A stretch of DNA of 64,000 nucleotides from contig CAWDSK010000002.1 of assembly GCA_963804995.1 (NCBI GenBank), positions 352,001 to 416,000 of the forward strand. The letters run 5' to 3'. Positions 1 through 8,513 of this stretch are shown here, piece by piece (the stretch's first letter is position 1; every line of letters starts with the position of its first letter). A model generated the notes under the pieces. That model was given only the letters and a program-made list of their open reading frames with translations, ran no database searches and was not told where the DNA came from. This DNA comes from an uncultured Acidobacteriota bacterium (GTDB taxonomy: Bacteria > Acidobacteriota > Terriglobia > UBA7540). The position numbers and the translations under genes are program-made.

Positions 1-145
1 TTGTGCGCCCGGCCTGACTATCAGCGAGCCCCGATTCGATGGCCTGACGCACGTAGATCTTGTGCATCAGGTCGTCCCAGGTGGAGTCGTCCGGCATCTT
101 TTCGATAATCTTTCGAGCCTCGTCCTTGATGTTGGTCGTTGCCAT
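1..145 (-). CDS. Small antitoxin-like protein of the type usually paired with a RelE/ParE toxin (runs off window start)
   Basis: Not in the ORF track; hand translation from ATG at 145 gives MATTNIKDEARKIIEKMPDDSTWDDLMHKIYVRQAIESGLADSQAGRT..., resembling 'TWDD..Y..YV...IE.GL.D...GR' antitoxins. Confidence 0.7.
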   Translation of the reverse strand, partial: MATTNIKDEARKIIEKMPDDSTWDDLMHKIYVRQAIESGLADSQAGRT

Positions 146-264
146 CGTCAGTTTCCCTTCGCCAAACCCAGCGTGCCTCCAGCAATAGTACGACGGCACG
201 CATCCACGCGCAACCAGTATCAGGGCTAGTCGGTGCCCCGACGCATCGGCGCGCCCCACGAACC

Positions 265-313
265 CGGGCAACAGCTCTGTCACCGCGTCCTATCCGCGGC
301 CGGTTCCGGCTTC
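265..313. repeat. ~48-bp direct repeat, copy A (others at 1451-1498 and 2306-2353)
   Basis: cgggcaacagctctgtcaccgcgtcctatccgcggccggttccggcttc; near-identical copies seen by direct comparison. Confidence 0.85.
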
Positions 314-314
314 G

Positions 315-505
315 GTAGCACAGGCACTCCGAAGGTGTGAAAAAATACCATTTTCACCGCTGAGACGCTGAGAAATGACCCTTTGTTTTCAAGCCTCTGC
401 GCCTCAGCGTCTCAGCGGTGAAAGGTTTGATGGGATTTTTTCACAGCTTCTCCTGCCTGTGTCCAAGGTTAATGCAGAGCCCACAGGCAGGAGTGCCTGT
501 GCTAC
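315..505. repeat. GTAG-type REP-like palindrome interrupted by a MITE
   Basis: Arms gtagcacaggcactcc|tgcctgtg and cacaggcaggagtgcctgtgctac are reverse complements; the left arm is split by the 331-450 insertion. Confidence 0.8.
331..450. mobile_element. 120-bp MITE (second copy inverted at 63808-63935)
   Basis: TIRs gaaggtgtgaaaaaatacca / tgggattttttcacagcttc; flanked by tcc on both sides; internal palindrome ttcaccgctgagacgctgag...ctcagcgtctcagcggtgaa. Confidence 0.85.
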
Positions 506-640
506 TTACGACTTGTTCATGAGGGCTTTTTCCACCGCTTCCGGATTCCTATCTATCACCGTCAAGTAGGCGCGCACCGCGCTTTCCGGCCGCCTGCGGC
601 CTTGCTCCCATTCCTGAAGCGAGCGCGGGCTGACAACGTA
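506..640 (-). pseudogene. C-terminal fragment of an XRE/HTH (HigA-like) antitoxin
   Basis: Hand translation YVVSPRSLQEWEQGRRRPESAVRAYLTVIDRNPEAVEKALMNKS*, with the 'L..WEQGRR.P' HTH signature; 5' part missing, and the break abuts the ccccgatgcatcgggg palindrome. Confidence 0.75.
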
Positions 641-776
641 TCGCCCCGATGCATCGGGGCGGGTCTTCCTTAGGTTCACTCTCCCGACCCTGAGGGTACA
701 CTCCTGTTCTTGAGATTTGTGGTTTTCCCTGCGGAAGAACCGCGGACCCCAAAGACGGGGATGCGCGCTACGCTGG

Positions 777-1124
777 CTATGTTTTCTGGCGGGTAAACAT
801 CTCGACCAGCAAGGTCGAAACTGAGGCTGCTGTTTTTGGGGAAATCCTGCCCAACTTGCGGACCAAGCGTTGCCGGTCTATGGCGCGTAGCTGGTCAAGC
901 GCCACCTGCCCTTGCTTGCCTTGGAAGGTGAGCGCCACGCGTGTCGGATAAGGTCTCGCCACAGTGGTCATGGGGGCAATAATGACAGTCCGCAGGTGGC
1001 GGTTGCTCTCGTCGGGTGAAACAACCAGGCAAGGACGGGTTTTCTGGATTTCCGCCCCCTGCGTGGGATCCAGAGATACCAACCAGACCTCATCCAAGCG
1101 CGGTAGGTCGACTACCACCGCCAC
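777..1124 (-). CDS. mazF: Type II TA PemK/MazF family endoribonuclease toxin
   Basis: LDPTQGAEIQKTRPCLVVSPD...DQLRAID motifs; overlaps the upstream antitoxin. Confidence 0.92.
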   Translation of the reverse strand: MAVVVDLPRLDEVWLVSLDPTQGAEIQKTRPCLVVSPDESNRHLRTVIIAPMTTVARPYPTRVALTFQGKQGQVALDQLRAIDRQRLVRKLGRISPKTAASVSTLLVEMFTRQKT

Positions 1125-1360
1125 TCCTCCCGATCGAACTGACTCGAGGGAGTGTCGAGCAACAGTTCATCGTGGGCGGAAGAGCCGGCGGCGCGGAATG
1201 CTTCCTCCCAGCCCTGGCGCGGCAGACGGGCCGGCGCGATCACGAGATGATCGTTTTCGATCCGAAGTTCAACGGCGTCCTCGAAGCCGCACTGTTCGAT
1301 GATGGGCTTGGGGATTCGGATACCTCGCGAATTTCCAACCCGGACAAGTTCAACCTTCAT
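1112..1360 (-). CDS. mazE: AbrB/MazE/SpoVT family antitoxin
   Basis: MKVELVRVGNSRGIRIPK...; start taken at ATG 1360. Confidence 0.9.
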   Translation of the reverse strand: MKVELVRVGNSRGIRIPKPIIEQCGFEDAVELRIENDHLVIAPARLPRQGWEEAFRAAGSSAHDELLLDTPSSQFDREEWRW

Positions 1361-1380
1361 GGCGGTCAATGACCTCGTGC

Positions 1381-1391
1381 TTACATTGTAA
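1381..1391. promoter_or_regulatory. Putative autoregulatory operator of mazEF
   Basis: Palindrome ttacattgtaa about 20 bp upstream of mazE, overlapping a TACAAT -10-like box on the minus strand. Confidence 0.5.
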
Positions 1392-1450
1392 TCACATAAG
1401 AGCTTTTTGGCAAGCGCGGGTGGCGCCCCGATGCACCGGACCGCCACACA

Positions 1451-1575
1451 CGGGCAACATCTCTGTCACGCGTCCCATCCGTGGCCGGTTTTGGCTTCAG
1501 TAGCACCCCGATGCATCGGGGTGTGCTCTGCATGGAATGCATCAGCTCGAGCCACAGGCAGGAGTGCCCCTGCTA
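1451..1575. repeat. ~48-bp direct repeat copy B followed by the same REP-like hairpin family as copy A
   Basis: cgggcaacatctctgtcacgcgtcccatccgtggccggttttggcttc, then gtagcac...cacaggcaggagtgcccctgctac. Confidence 0.85.
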
Positions 1576-1676
1576 CCCTCGGTCCGAAATCGTGCTTGCA
1601 ATTCTGGGATGAAGAAAAGGGTGCAACAGCCGCCTGGGGAAACACGTCGGGCGAAGTCTGAACCTCAATTCTGCCT

Positions 1677-2243
1677 TTAGAAGCGTCCGCGAAAATCGAA
1701 CAGGTCGTCCAGGGAAAGCTGCCAGCCGGGAAAGAGGTTGGAGGTGAGAAGGTGATGGCCTGCGTACGTGGCTTCGACCATATACTTTGCCCCCTGGAGT
1801 GTCAAAACCTCGACGGTCTTGGCCTGGGGGTCAATAAACCATACCTCGGGCACGCACGCCTCGGCATAAATCGGGAGCTTGGTGGCGCGGTCGTGTCCGG
1901 CCGTGGAAGGGGACAGCACCTCCACGGCAAGGTCCGGAGAACCCGCAATCCAATTCTCCTGAATGATTCCAGCGCGCGCATTGGAAATGAAAATAAGGTC
2001 CGGCTGCAATACCGTTTCTTCACCCAGGCGCACGTCCAAAGGTGCTGGGCAGACTTCGCCCAAGTGGTTCTTATAGACGTACGGCCCTAAGTCTTGCAAG
2101 AGATGCTGAAGGGTGAGTTGGTGCCGCGTGGCAGGAGATGGAGTCACATGCACCTCTCCATGTACGAGCTCATAGCGCTTCCCGTCGCTGGGAAGTTCGC
2201 GGAATTGCTCAAAGGTAAGCTTGGGAATGACTTCTGTGCCCAT
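1677..2243 (-). CDS. Uma2 family (PD-(D/E)XK) endonuclease-like protein
   Basis: YELVHGE...P...HQ, QPDLIFI, PDLAVEVLSPST, D...K...Y...VPEVW.IDP motifs; ATG 2243 is preceded by TATAAT. Confidence 0.9.
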   Translation of the reverse strand: MGTEVIPKLTFEQFRELPSDGKRYELVHGEVHVTPSPATRHQLTLQHLLQDLGPYVYKNHLGEVCPAPLDVRLGEETVLQPDLIFISNARAGIIQENWIAGSPDLAVEVLSPSTAGHDRATKLPIYAEACVPEVWFIDPQAKTVEVLTLQGAKYMVEATYAGHHLLTSNLFPGWQLSLDDLFDFRGRF

Positions 2244-2305
2244 GTGCTTATTATACCCCCACGCGGGCGGCGCAGACATTGCCTTTTATGTATGTGCCCG
2301 ACAAA

Positions 2306-2353
2306 GGGCAACATCCCTGTCACCGCGTCCCATCCATGGCCGGTTCTGGCGTC
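2306..2353. repeat. ~48-bp direct repeat, copy C
   Basis: gggcaacatccctgtcaccgcgtcccatccatggccggttctggcgtc; IS1634 is inserted immediately next to it. Confidence 0.85.
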
Positions 2354-2357
2354 TTAA

Positions 2358-4372
2358 CCTGCCTTTCGCACTTCCACCCGCTACCGGGCTGATTTTGGCA
2401 GCTTGCGGTGCACAAGGTCTTTGCCTTCAATGGGCGCGGGTTGAAGAGTGCTTGTAGGCCCGACCTACCCTCTTTTCTGGGGCGCGAAGGTCTGGCATTC
2501 TGGGGCGTGCACCTGAAGATTCATCGACGCAAAAAGGACGGCAAGGAACATCGTTATTTCAGCATCGTCGAGAGTCGGCGCGTGTCGCGCTCGAAGGTCG
2601 TGCATCGGACGGTGCTGTATCTGGGCGAAATCAACGACAGCCAACAATCCGCGTGGCGCAAGACGCTGGAGGTTTTTGACGAGGACCGTCGCGTCCTCGC
2701 GTCCCTGAGCCTCTTCCCGGAGGACCGCGAACTTCCTGCGGATGCTGTGGACGGCGTACAAGTGAAGTTGAGTGAAATGCGCGTTGAGCGGCCGCGCACC
2801 TTCGGTGGCTGTTGGTTGGGCTGCGAGCTGTGGCGCCAGTTGAAGCTGGACGAGTTCTGGCAGGCGAGGTTGCCGGAAGGGCGCGAGGGAGTTCCGTGGG
2901 AGAAGGTGCTACGGCTGCTGGTGGTGAACCGGTTGATCGAGCCGGGCAGCGAATTCCGTGTGCATCGGCACTGGTTCGATCAGACCGCCATGGCCGAGTT
3001 GCTGGCAGTGAACTTCGCGGTGGCCGAGAAGGACCGGCTCTATCGTTGTCTGGATCGAATACTGGCGCACAAGGCGGAGTTGTTCCAGCACCTGCGGCTG
3101 CGGTGGCAAGACCTCTTTGCGGCGCGCTTTGATCTGCTCCTCTACGATCTCACCAGCACCTATGTGGAAGGAGAGGCGGAAGCGATTCCCAAAGCCCGCC
3201 ACGGTTACAGCCGGGACGGGCGGTTCGACTGTCGGCAGGTGGTGATCGCCCTGGTGCTGACGCCGGAAGGTTTCCCGCTGGCCTACGAAGTGATGGAGGG
3301 GAATACTTCCGACCGGAACAGCTTGCGCGGTTTTCTGGACAAGATCGAGAGCGTGTACGGCAAGGCACGGCGGGTGTGGATGATGGATCGGGGAGTTCCC
3401 AGTGAAGAACTGCTGGCGGAGATGCGCACCCCGGGGCGGGAGATGTTTTACCTGGTGGGGACGCCACGGGGCAAGATCCGGCAGTACGAAGCGAAGTGGA
3501 CGGAACTGCCGTGGCGGAAGGTGCGCGAGTCGGTAGAGGTGAAACTGTTCGCGGAGGAAGGCGAGTTGTATGTGCTGGCGAAGAGCGCAGGCCGCCAGGC
3601 GAAAGAGATGGCCATCCGTCGACGCAAGCTGGCACGGCTGTTGTGGAGGCTGCGGGCCTTGCGGCGCGTGTGTCCGACGCGTGATGCGTTGCTGATGAAG
3701 ATCGGAGCAGCCAAGAGTGAAGCCGGACGGGCCTTCGGTTTCGTGAAGATCAGCGTGCCCAAGGCCCAGGAAGAAGTGACTCGCCAGACCTTCCAGTTCC
3801 GGCTCGAGCGCAGCAAGTTGGAGGAAGCGGAGCGGCGCGATGGACATTATCTGTTGCGCACCAATCTGACGGGGGAAAATCCCGAGGTGTTGTGGGACCG
3901 CTACATGCAACTGGCGCAGATCGAAGCGGCCTTTAAGTGTTTGAAGAGTGAGCTGGGAATTCGGCCGATTTATCATCAAATAGAACATCGCGTCGAGGCC
4001 CACATCCTCATTGCCTTTCTGGCGTACGGCTTGTGGGTGACGCTGAAACAGCGTCTGCAGGCCCACGCTCCGGGCCTGACGCCGAAAGCGGTGCTGGAGA
4101 AGCTGGCGGGCATGCAGATGCTCGATGTGTCTTTCCCGACCACGGATGGGCGCCGATTAGTGATGCCCCGCTACACCGAGCCGACACCCGAACAAAAGCT
4201 CCTGTTGCACGAACTGCAGCTCGTGCTCCCCACTCAGCCACCGCCCAGGATCACGGTCCAGCCGGAAATCTTTCCTGCTGGAATGCTGCGTTTGTAGGCC
4301 AGACCTTGGCAATGCCTGTACTGAAAAGAAGCGAGTTAACCCAACTCAACACCCTGAAGTGCGAAAGTTCGG
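2358..4372 (+). mobile_element. IS1634 family insertion sequence
   Basis: 17-bp imperfect TIRs cctgcctttcgcacttc / gaagtgcgaaagttcgg; TTAA on both sides (2354-2357, 4373-4376). Confidence 0.9.
2507..4297 (+). CDS. IS1634 family DDE transposase
   Basis: LYDLTSTY, GYSRD.R.DC.QV, MDRG, IEAAFK.LK.EL..RP..HQ motifs; probable GTG start at 2507. Confidence 0.92.
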   Translation: MHLKIHRRKKDGKEHRYFSIVESRRVSRSKVVHRTVLYLGEINDSQQSAWRKTLEVFDEDRRVLASLSLFPEDRELPADAVDGVQVKLSEMRVERPRTFGGCWLGCELWRQLKLDEFWQARLPEGREGVPWEKVLRLLVVNRLIEPGSEFRVHRHWFDQTAMAELLAVNFAVAEKDRLYRCLDRILAHKAELFQHLRLRWQDLFAARFDLLLYDLTSTYVEGEAEAIPKARHGYSRDGRFDCRQVVIALVLTPEGFPLAYEVMEGNTSDRNSLRGFLDKIESVYGKARRVWMMDRGVPSEELLAEMRTPGREMFYLVGTPRGKIRQYEAKWTELPWRKVRESVEVKLFAEEGELYVLAKSAGRQAKEMAIRRRKLARLLWRLRALRRVCPTRDALLMKIGAAKSEAGRAFGFVKISVPKAQEEVTRQTFQFRLERSKLEEAERRDGHYLLRTNLTGENPEVLWDRYMQLAQIEAAFKCLKSELGIRPIYHQIEHRVEAHILIAFLAYGLWVTLKQRLQAHAPGLTPKAVLEKLAGMQMLDVSFPTTDGRRLVMPRYTEPTPEQKLLLHELQLVLPTQPPPRITVQPEIFPAGMLRL

Positions 4373-4427
4373 TTAACGGTGGCAGCCCAGGTTCCCAGCC
4401 TGCCGGGCGGGGAAGACAAAACGCTTG

Positions 4428-4547
4428 TTACTCCCTGGGTGGAATTTGCTGTGCTCCGTGGATGACAGCCAGGACGTCGATCTGGTCAGGCTTGATGTAA
4501 TAGATGATTCGAAAGGGCCCTTCCAGAACTTGCCGAACTTGTGGGAG
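4428..4547 (-). pseudogene. C-terminal fragment of a RelE/ParE family toxin
   Basis: Hand translation LPQVRQVLEGPFRIIYYIKPDQIDVLAVIHGAQQIPPRE*; N-terminal half absent. Confidence 0.75.
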
Positions 4548-4576
4548 CAGGAGGGAGGAAATCTGCAAGTCCGGCC

Positions 4577-4766
4577 GGGCGAGGGGTCAGGAGGTCGGGC
4601 TCGGCATCACGTACGCGCCTGGTCTGATATTGCAGGCCCACGACTATTTGTCATTGTGGGACATGTCCCATATGTTGCTCTCCGCGGGGCATAGCGAGCG
4701 AGGTCCCACTTAATTCCCCACCTTCATGCGTTTTCTTCCTATGACTTTTCACGTGCGATTCCGCCG
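4577..4766. repeat. ~190-bp dispersed repeat with GGGACATGTCCC palindrome (inverted copy at 41427-41616)
   Basis: Long near-identical blocks shared with the second copy, e.g. gttgctctccgcggggcatagcgagcgaggtcccacttaa and atgcgttttcttcctatgacttttcac. Confidence 0.85.
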
Positions 4767-4848
4767 TGCGAAGCTGCATTTCTCCCTCGGCGGGCTCATG
4801 CCGCACCGCATAAAACTTGCGCACCTGGGCGCGCGAAACTTTGAGGGT

Positions 4849-5277
4849 CTACGGTTGTTCCTTCGGACCCGGATCGCTGTGGGTTGGGGTGGCAGGCTCG
4901 CGGGTTGGCATGTGGCACTGGCCGTCGAAGAAACCTCCGGGATCGACCAGCAGGCAGGGTGTATAGATATCGCCGAGCACGATGCCGTGTTCCTTGATTT
5001 CCAGACGCTCGGTGGCGTGCAGCGTCCCTTTCACCTTTCCGGTAACGCTCACGACCTTGGCCTGGATGTCGCCTTCGACTTCTCCCTGGTCGTGGACGAC
5101 CACCGCGCCTTCCGAAGTGATCTCGCCCTTGAAGTGGGAGTTCAGGCGGATGAGCCCGGCGGCGACCTTCATCTTGCCTTCCATCTCCACGCCCGGTTCG
5201 AGCCACCCGACCCAGTCGTCGGGCAAATCGGAAAGTTCCTGGCGACGCGTTGTGGGTTTGCCGATGCCGAATGCCAT
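4849..5277 (-). CDS. Bactofilin (polymer-forming cytoskeletal protein)
   Basis: G.VEGDI.A..V.V.GKVKG...A.ERLEI...G.V.GDI....L.V..GG.FDG.C.M pattern; lies downstream of parB. Confidence 0.88.
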   Translation of the reverse strand: MAFGIGKPTTRRQELSDLPDDWVGWLEPGVEMEGKMKVAAGLIRLNSHFKGEITSEGAVVVHDQGEVEGDIQAKVVSVTGKVKGTLHATERLEIKEHGIVLGDIYTPCLLVDPGGFFDGQCHMPTREPATPTHSDPGPKEQP

Positions 5278-5470
5278 CTCGCCCTCCCAAGAGCAGTGGT
5301 TATTGATCAGTGTTTAGTGGCCAGCCTGTAGGAACCAGCAACTACCACTATGCACCAACCCCTCTCCACGAACCACTGCTTTTTTACTGTTTCGCGCTGA
5401 ATTCGTGGGTGCGATTCAGAAGCCGGTGGTCAGCGGCTAGCCACTAACCACTCAGCACTAGCCACGGCCC

Positions 5471-6322
5471 TTATTGCCGCTTCACAATAAATTCGTAGAT
5501 GCGATTCAGATCTTCCGCCGAGTAATAACTGATTTCGATCTTACCCCGTTTCTCGTCGCCGTGAATCTTAACGCGGGTACCGAGCGTGCGTTCCATTTCG
5601 AGCAGTGCCGCGCGTACATTGGCGTCGAGTTTGGGCGCTTCGGGCGCGTCCGGCTTCTTCCCTTGCTCCCGCGTGCGCAGGGCCACCAGGTTTTCGACCT
5701 GCCGGACCGACAAGCCCTGCTTCACGATCAGGCGAGCGAGCTGCAGTTGCGCTGAAGCCGATTCCAGTCCCAAGAGTGCCCGCGCGTGGCCGGAGGAGAC
5801 TTCTCCGTTTACGAGCATGTCCTGCACTTCGGGGGGCAGGCGCAGTAGGCGAAGCGTATTGGTTACGGTCGAGCGCTCCAGTCCGAGCTGCTGGGCAATC
5901 TCCTCGTGGCTCAGCCCGTGTTTCTCGTGCAGCACCTCGTAGCCCTGCGCCGCCTCGATGGGGTTCAGGTCAGCGCGCAACAGGTTTTCCGTGAGGGCCA
6001 GCGCCAGCGCGTCGCGGTCGCCGATGTCGCGCACCAAGGCGGGAATCACGGTAAGCCCCGCCAGGCGCGCGGCTCGCCAACGCCGCTCGCCGGCGATCAG
6101 TTGAAAGCGACCGTCAGAGCGCCGCAGCAGAACCGGCTGCACCACACCGCTGGTCGCTATGGAATCCGCCAACTCCTTCAGCTTCTCCGGGGGAAAATTG
6201 CGCCGGGGCTGGAACGGGTTCGGGTCGATTTGGTCGAGGGCCACCTGCTCGAGGCCCGAGGTAGTGGTCTCAACGGTGCGCAGAAGCGCGTTAAGCCCGC
6301 GCCCCAACGCCTTTCTGGTCAT
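5471..6322 (-). CDS. parB: Chromosome partitioning protein ParB
   Basis: LGRGL, NPFQPR, IAGERRWRAA, ENL.R.DLNPIE and HTH. Confidence 0.95.
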   Translation of the reverse strand: MTRKALGRGLNALLRTVETTTSGLEQVALDQIDPNPFQPRRNFPPEKLKELADSIATSGVVQPVLLRRSDGRFQLIAGERRWRAARLAGLTVIPALVRDIGDRDALALALTENLLRADLNPIEAAQGYEVLHEKHGLSHEEIAQQLGLERSTVTNTLRLLRLPPEVQDMLVNGEVSSGHARALLGLESASAQLQLARLIVKQGLSVRQVENLVALRTREQGKKPDAPEAPKLDANVRAALLEMERTLGTRVKIHGDEKRGKIEISYYSAEDLNRIYEFIVKRQ

Positions 6323-7076
6323 GACGGATGACCTCCTGCGCTAATTCGAGATAACTGGTTGCGCCCTTACAATCGGGGTCGTAAAGAAAGATCGGCTTGC
6401 CGAAACTGGGCGCCTCGGCCAGCCGGACGTTGCGTGGGATGATCGTCGAAAATACCTGGTCGCCAAAAAAGTCCCGTAAATCATCGCGCACCTGGTGCGA
6501 GAGGTTGGTGCGCTCATCATACATGGTCAGCAGAATGCCCTCGACCGCCAGCCGGGGGTTGTGGGCGCGGCGAATGCGGATGAGCGTGTCAAGCAGTTCC
6601 GAGACGCCTTCCAGCGCAAAGTACTCGCACTGCACCGGAACAATTACCGTGTCTGCCGCCACCAGCGCGTTGAGCGTGAGCAGATCGAGCGCCGGGGGAC
6701 AATCGAGCAGGATGAAATTGAAGCGCTCGCGCAGGCCGTCAATTTTCTTCCGCAGAACGTGCTCGCGCTCGGCCTGGTCCACCAGTTCGACCGTCGCGCC
6801 CACAAGGTTCTTCTCCGAGGGAATCAGGTGCAGCCCTTCGATGCCACAGGTCACGATACAATCCTGCAAGGGCACGTTGTGCATCAGGGCGTGATAAATC
6901 GAGCGTCGCGCCGGGTCGCGGGGAAAGCCCAGACCGCCGGTCGTGTTCGCCTGGGGGTCACAGTCGATGACCAGCGTCCACATGTCTTGCTTTGCCAGCG
7001 CCGCGCCTAAGCTGATGGCCGTGGTGGTCTTACCGACTCCGCCTTTCTGATTTGCAATCGCGATGACTTTACCCAA
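6291..7076 (-). CDS. parA: ParA/Soj family ATPase
   Basis: NQKGGVGKTT, DPQAN, DCPP, PRNVRLAEAPSFG. Confidence 0.95.
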   Translation of the reverse strand: MGKVIAIANQKGGVGKTTTAISLGAALAKQDMWTLVIDCDPQANTTGGLGFPRDPARRSIYHALMHNVPLQDCIVTCGIEGLHLIPSEKNLVGATVELVDQAEREHVLRKKIDGLRERFNFILLDCPPALDLLTLNALVAADTVIVPVQCEYFALEGVSELLDTLIRIRRAHNPRLAVEGILLTMYDERTNLSHQVRDDLRDFFGDQVFSTIIPRNVRLAEAPSFGKPIFLYDPDCKGATSYLELAQEVIRHDQKGVGARA

Positions 7077-7264
7077 TTTCTTTCCCGACTCTCTGGATTT
7101 GAGGTGAATCTAACAGAGGCAGAAGTTTTCCGCAAGCTGCCGGGGCCAAGCGGTGGGTCGACCTGAATACTGTTACACCAATTTTACCCTGCCAAATGGC
7201 GGCGTCCCGATAAGATCGGGATAAATTCCCCCGCCTCTGCATTCAATTGACCCACCACAGGGGT

Positions 7265-7293
7265 TTGACACGCCTGCTCGTGGGGCGTAGCAT
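7265..7293 (+). promoter_or_regulatory. sigma70-like promoter, probably leaderless transcript
   Basis: TTGACA-17-TAGCAT, with ATG 8 nt downstream. Confidence 0.55.
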
Positions 7294-7301
7294 CAATCAT
7301 T

Positions 7302-7616
7302 ATGTCTCAAGCCCAACGCGGTCCCAAGAAACTCGAAGTGCTTTGCCCCTGCTGCGGAGCGACATTGACTGTGGACACCCAGCTTGGCAAGGTGCTGTTC
7401 CATCAACCGCCGCCCAAGCAGGACAGGGGGCCGGATCTGAACGACGCCGTGCAGCTCTTGCAGAAAGAAGCCGAGCGTCGCGAAGCCATGTTCCGGCAGA
7501 GCGCTGAGGATGAGAAGGTCAAGTCGGATTTGCTGGACCGCAAGTTCAGAGAAGCCTTCGAGAAGACCAAGGACCAGCCCACCGGACCCCCGATCCGGGA
7601 TTTCGATTTGGATTAG
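7302..7616 (+). CDS. Small hypothetical protein (N-terminal CPCC motif, C-terminal DFDLD)
   Basis: Coding-like ORF with a promoter directly upstream. Confidence 0.75.
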   Translation: MSQAQRGPKKLEVLCPCCGATLTVDTQLGKVLFHQPPPKQDRGPDLNDAVQLLQKEAERREAMFRQSAEDEKVKSDLLDRKFREAFEKTKDQPTGPPIRDFDLD

Positions 7617-7813
7617 CGCACACAGTGCAATCCCAAGTTGCCAAATCAGCCGATAGGGGAATAACTGAATGACCGGCTAACCCAAGGGCGCAACCCCCAA
7701 TTCACCGATCACGAATTCGATCGATGACCCAATTTTCAACTATCCCATTGCCACTCAGTCACTTCCATCCGTGAAAACGGCTCAACCCCCCTTGCATTTT
7801 GCCCCCGCTTTCC

Positions 7814-7841
7814 TTGACAAGCCTTGTGTGGAAGCTATAAT
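7814..7841 (+). promoter_or_regulatory. sigma70 promoter of the yceD-rpmF-plsX-fab operon
   Basis: TTGACA-16-TATAAT. Confidence 0.75.
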
Positions 7842-7867
7842 TATTGTTTTGCGTTTATGAGGGTGGG

Positions 7868-8377
7868 GTGCGCATAACCCTTGCAGAACTTGAGCTTCAC
7901 CGGGTCATTGCCTCTGAGAACTATGCCCCGGGGGCGCTCGATTTTCACGGAGCGGAGTTCCGGCAGGCGGCGCCGCTCAAAATTGACGCGACGGCGGAGC
8001 TCCTGGGAGCGGAAATCCGCATTCGAGGGCATCTCTCAACCAACCTCGAAGCTAGTTGTGATCGTTGCCTGGCCGCGGTTAAGATTCCGGTGAGCAGCGA
8101 TTTCGACCTATTCTATAGGCCGCTCCAGACCATTGCCAAGGAAGAGGAGATCGAAATCCCCCAGGAAGAGCTGGAAATCGGCTTCTACTCCGGGGATGGC
8201 ATCGAACTTGCGGACGTGGCCACGGAGCAGGTAATTCTCTCCGTGCCCATGAAGGTAGTTTGCCGGACAGAGTGCCAGGGTCTGTGCCCGGTATGCGGGG
8301 TTAATAGAAATCTTGTATCATGCGATTGCTCGCCCCCGCAGGAAGACTCACCTTTTGCTTCGCTCAAGGAAGAGTGA
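7868..8377 (+). CDS. YceD/DUF177 family protein
   Basis: CDRCL and P.KVVC...C.GLCP.CG.N.N...C.C motifs; upstream of rpmF; GTG start. Confidence 0.9.
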   Translation: MRITLAELELHRVIASENYAPGALDFHGAEFRQAAPLKIDATAELLGAEIRIRGHLSTNLEASCDRCLAAVKIPVSSDFDLFYRPLQTIAKEEEIEIPQEELEIGFYSGDGIELADVATEQVILSVPMKVVCRTECQGLCPVCGVNRNLVSCDCSPPQEDSPFASLKEE

Positions 8378-8513
8378 TTTCGGGGTGGCTCGGAGATACG
8401 ATTCAGGTTCGAGTCGTCCTGGTTAAAAGACAAAATGAGCCGGGTGTCAGACCGGCGGGCAGCAGGTGTTCGTCCCCGCGCTGCAGACCGTAATTGAGGA
8501 AAGAAGAGTAACT

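Noticed and set aside
21..203. 60-aa minus-strand ORF in the track
   Set aside because: An overlapping frame starting at 145 gives a recognisable antitoxin-like protein; this ORF does not
265..2353. 48-bp repeats as canonical integron attC sites
   Set aside because: No RYYYAAC/GTTRRRY pair or internal dyad symmetry in the 48-mer, and no integrase in the window; kept only as an analogy
2909..4066. Long antisense ORFs (also 31928-32779, 34774-35682, 58602-59603 and others)
   Set aside because: They are shadows of well-supported genes on the opposite strand, as expected in high-GC DNA
4745..4760. ttttcacgtg near parB as a parS site
   Set aside because: Only a partial match to TGTTTCACGTGAAACA; it is part of the dispersed repeat and is not conserved in the second copy
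7867..7877. GGTGCGCATAA, identical to the XerC arm of E. coli dif
   Set aside because: No XerD arm follows, and it is the start of the yceD coding sequence
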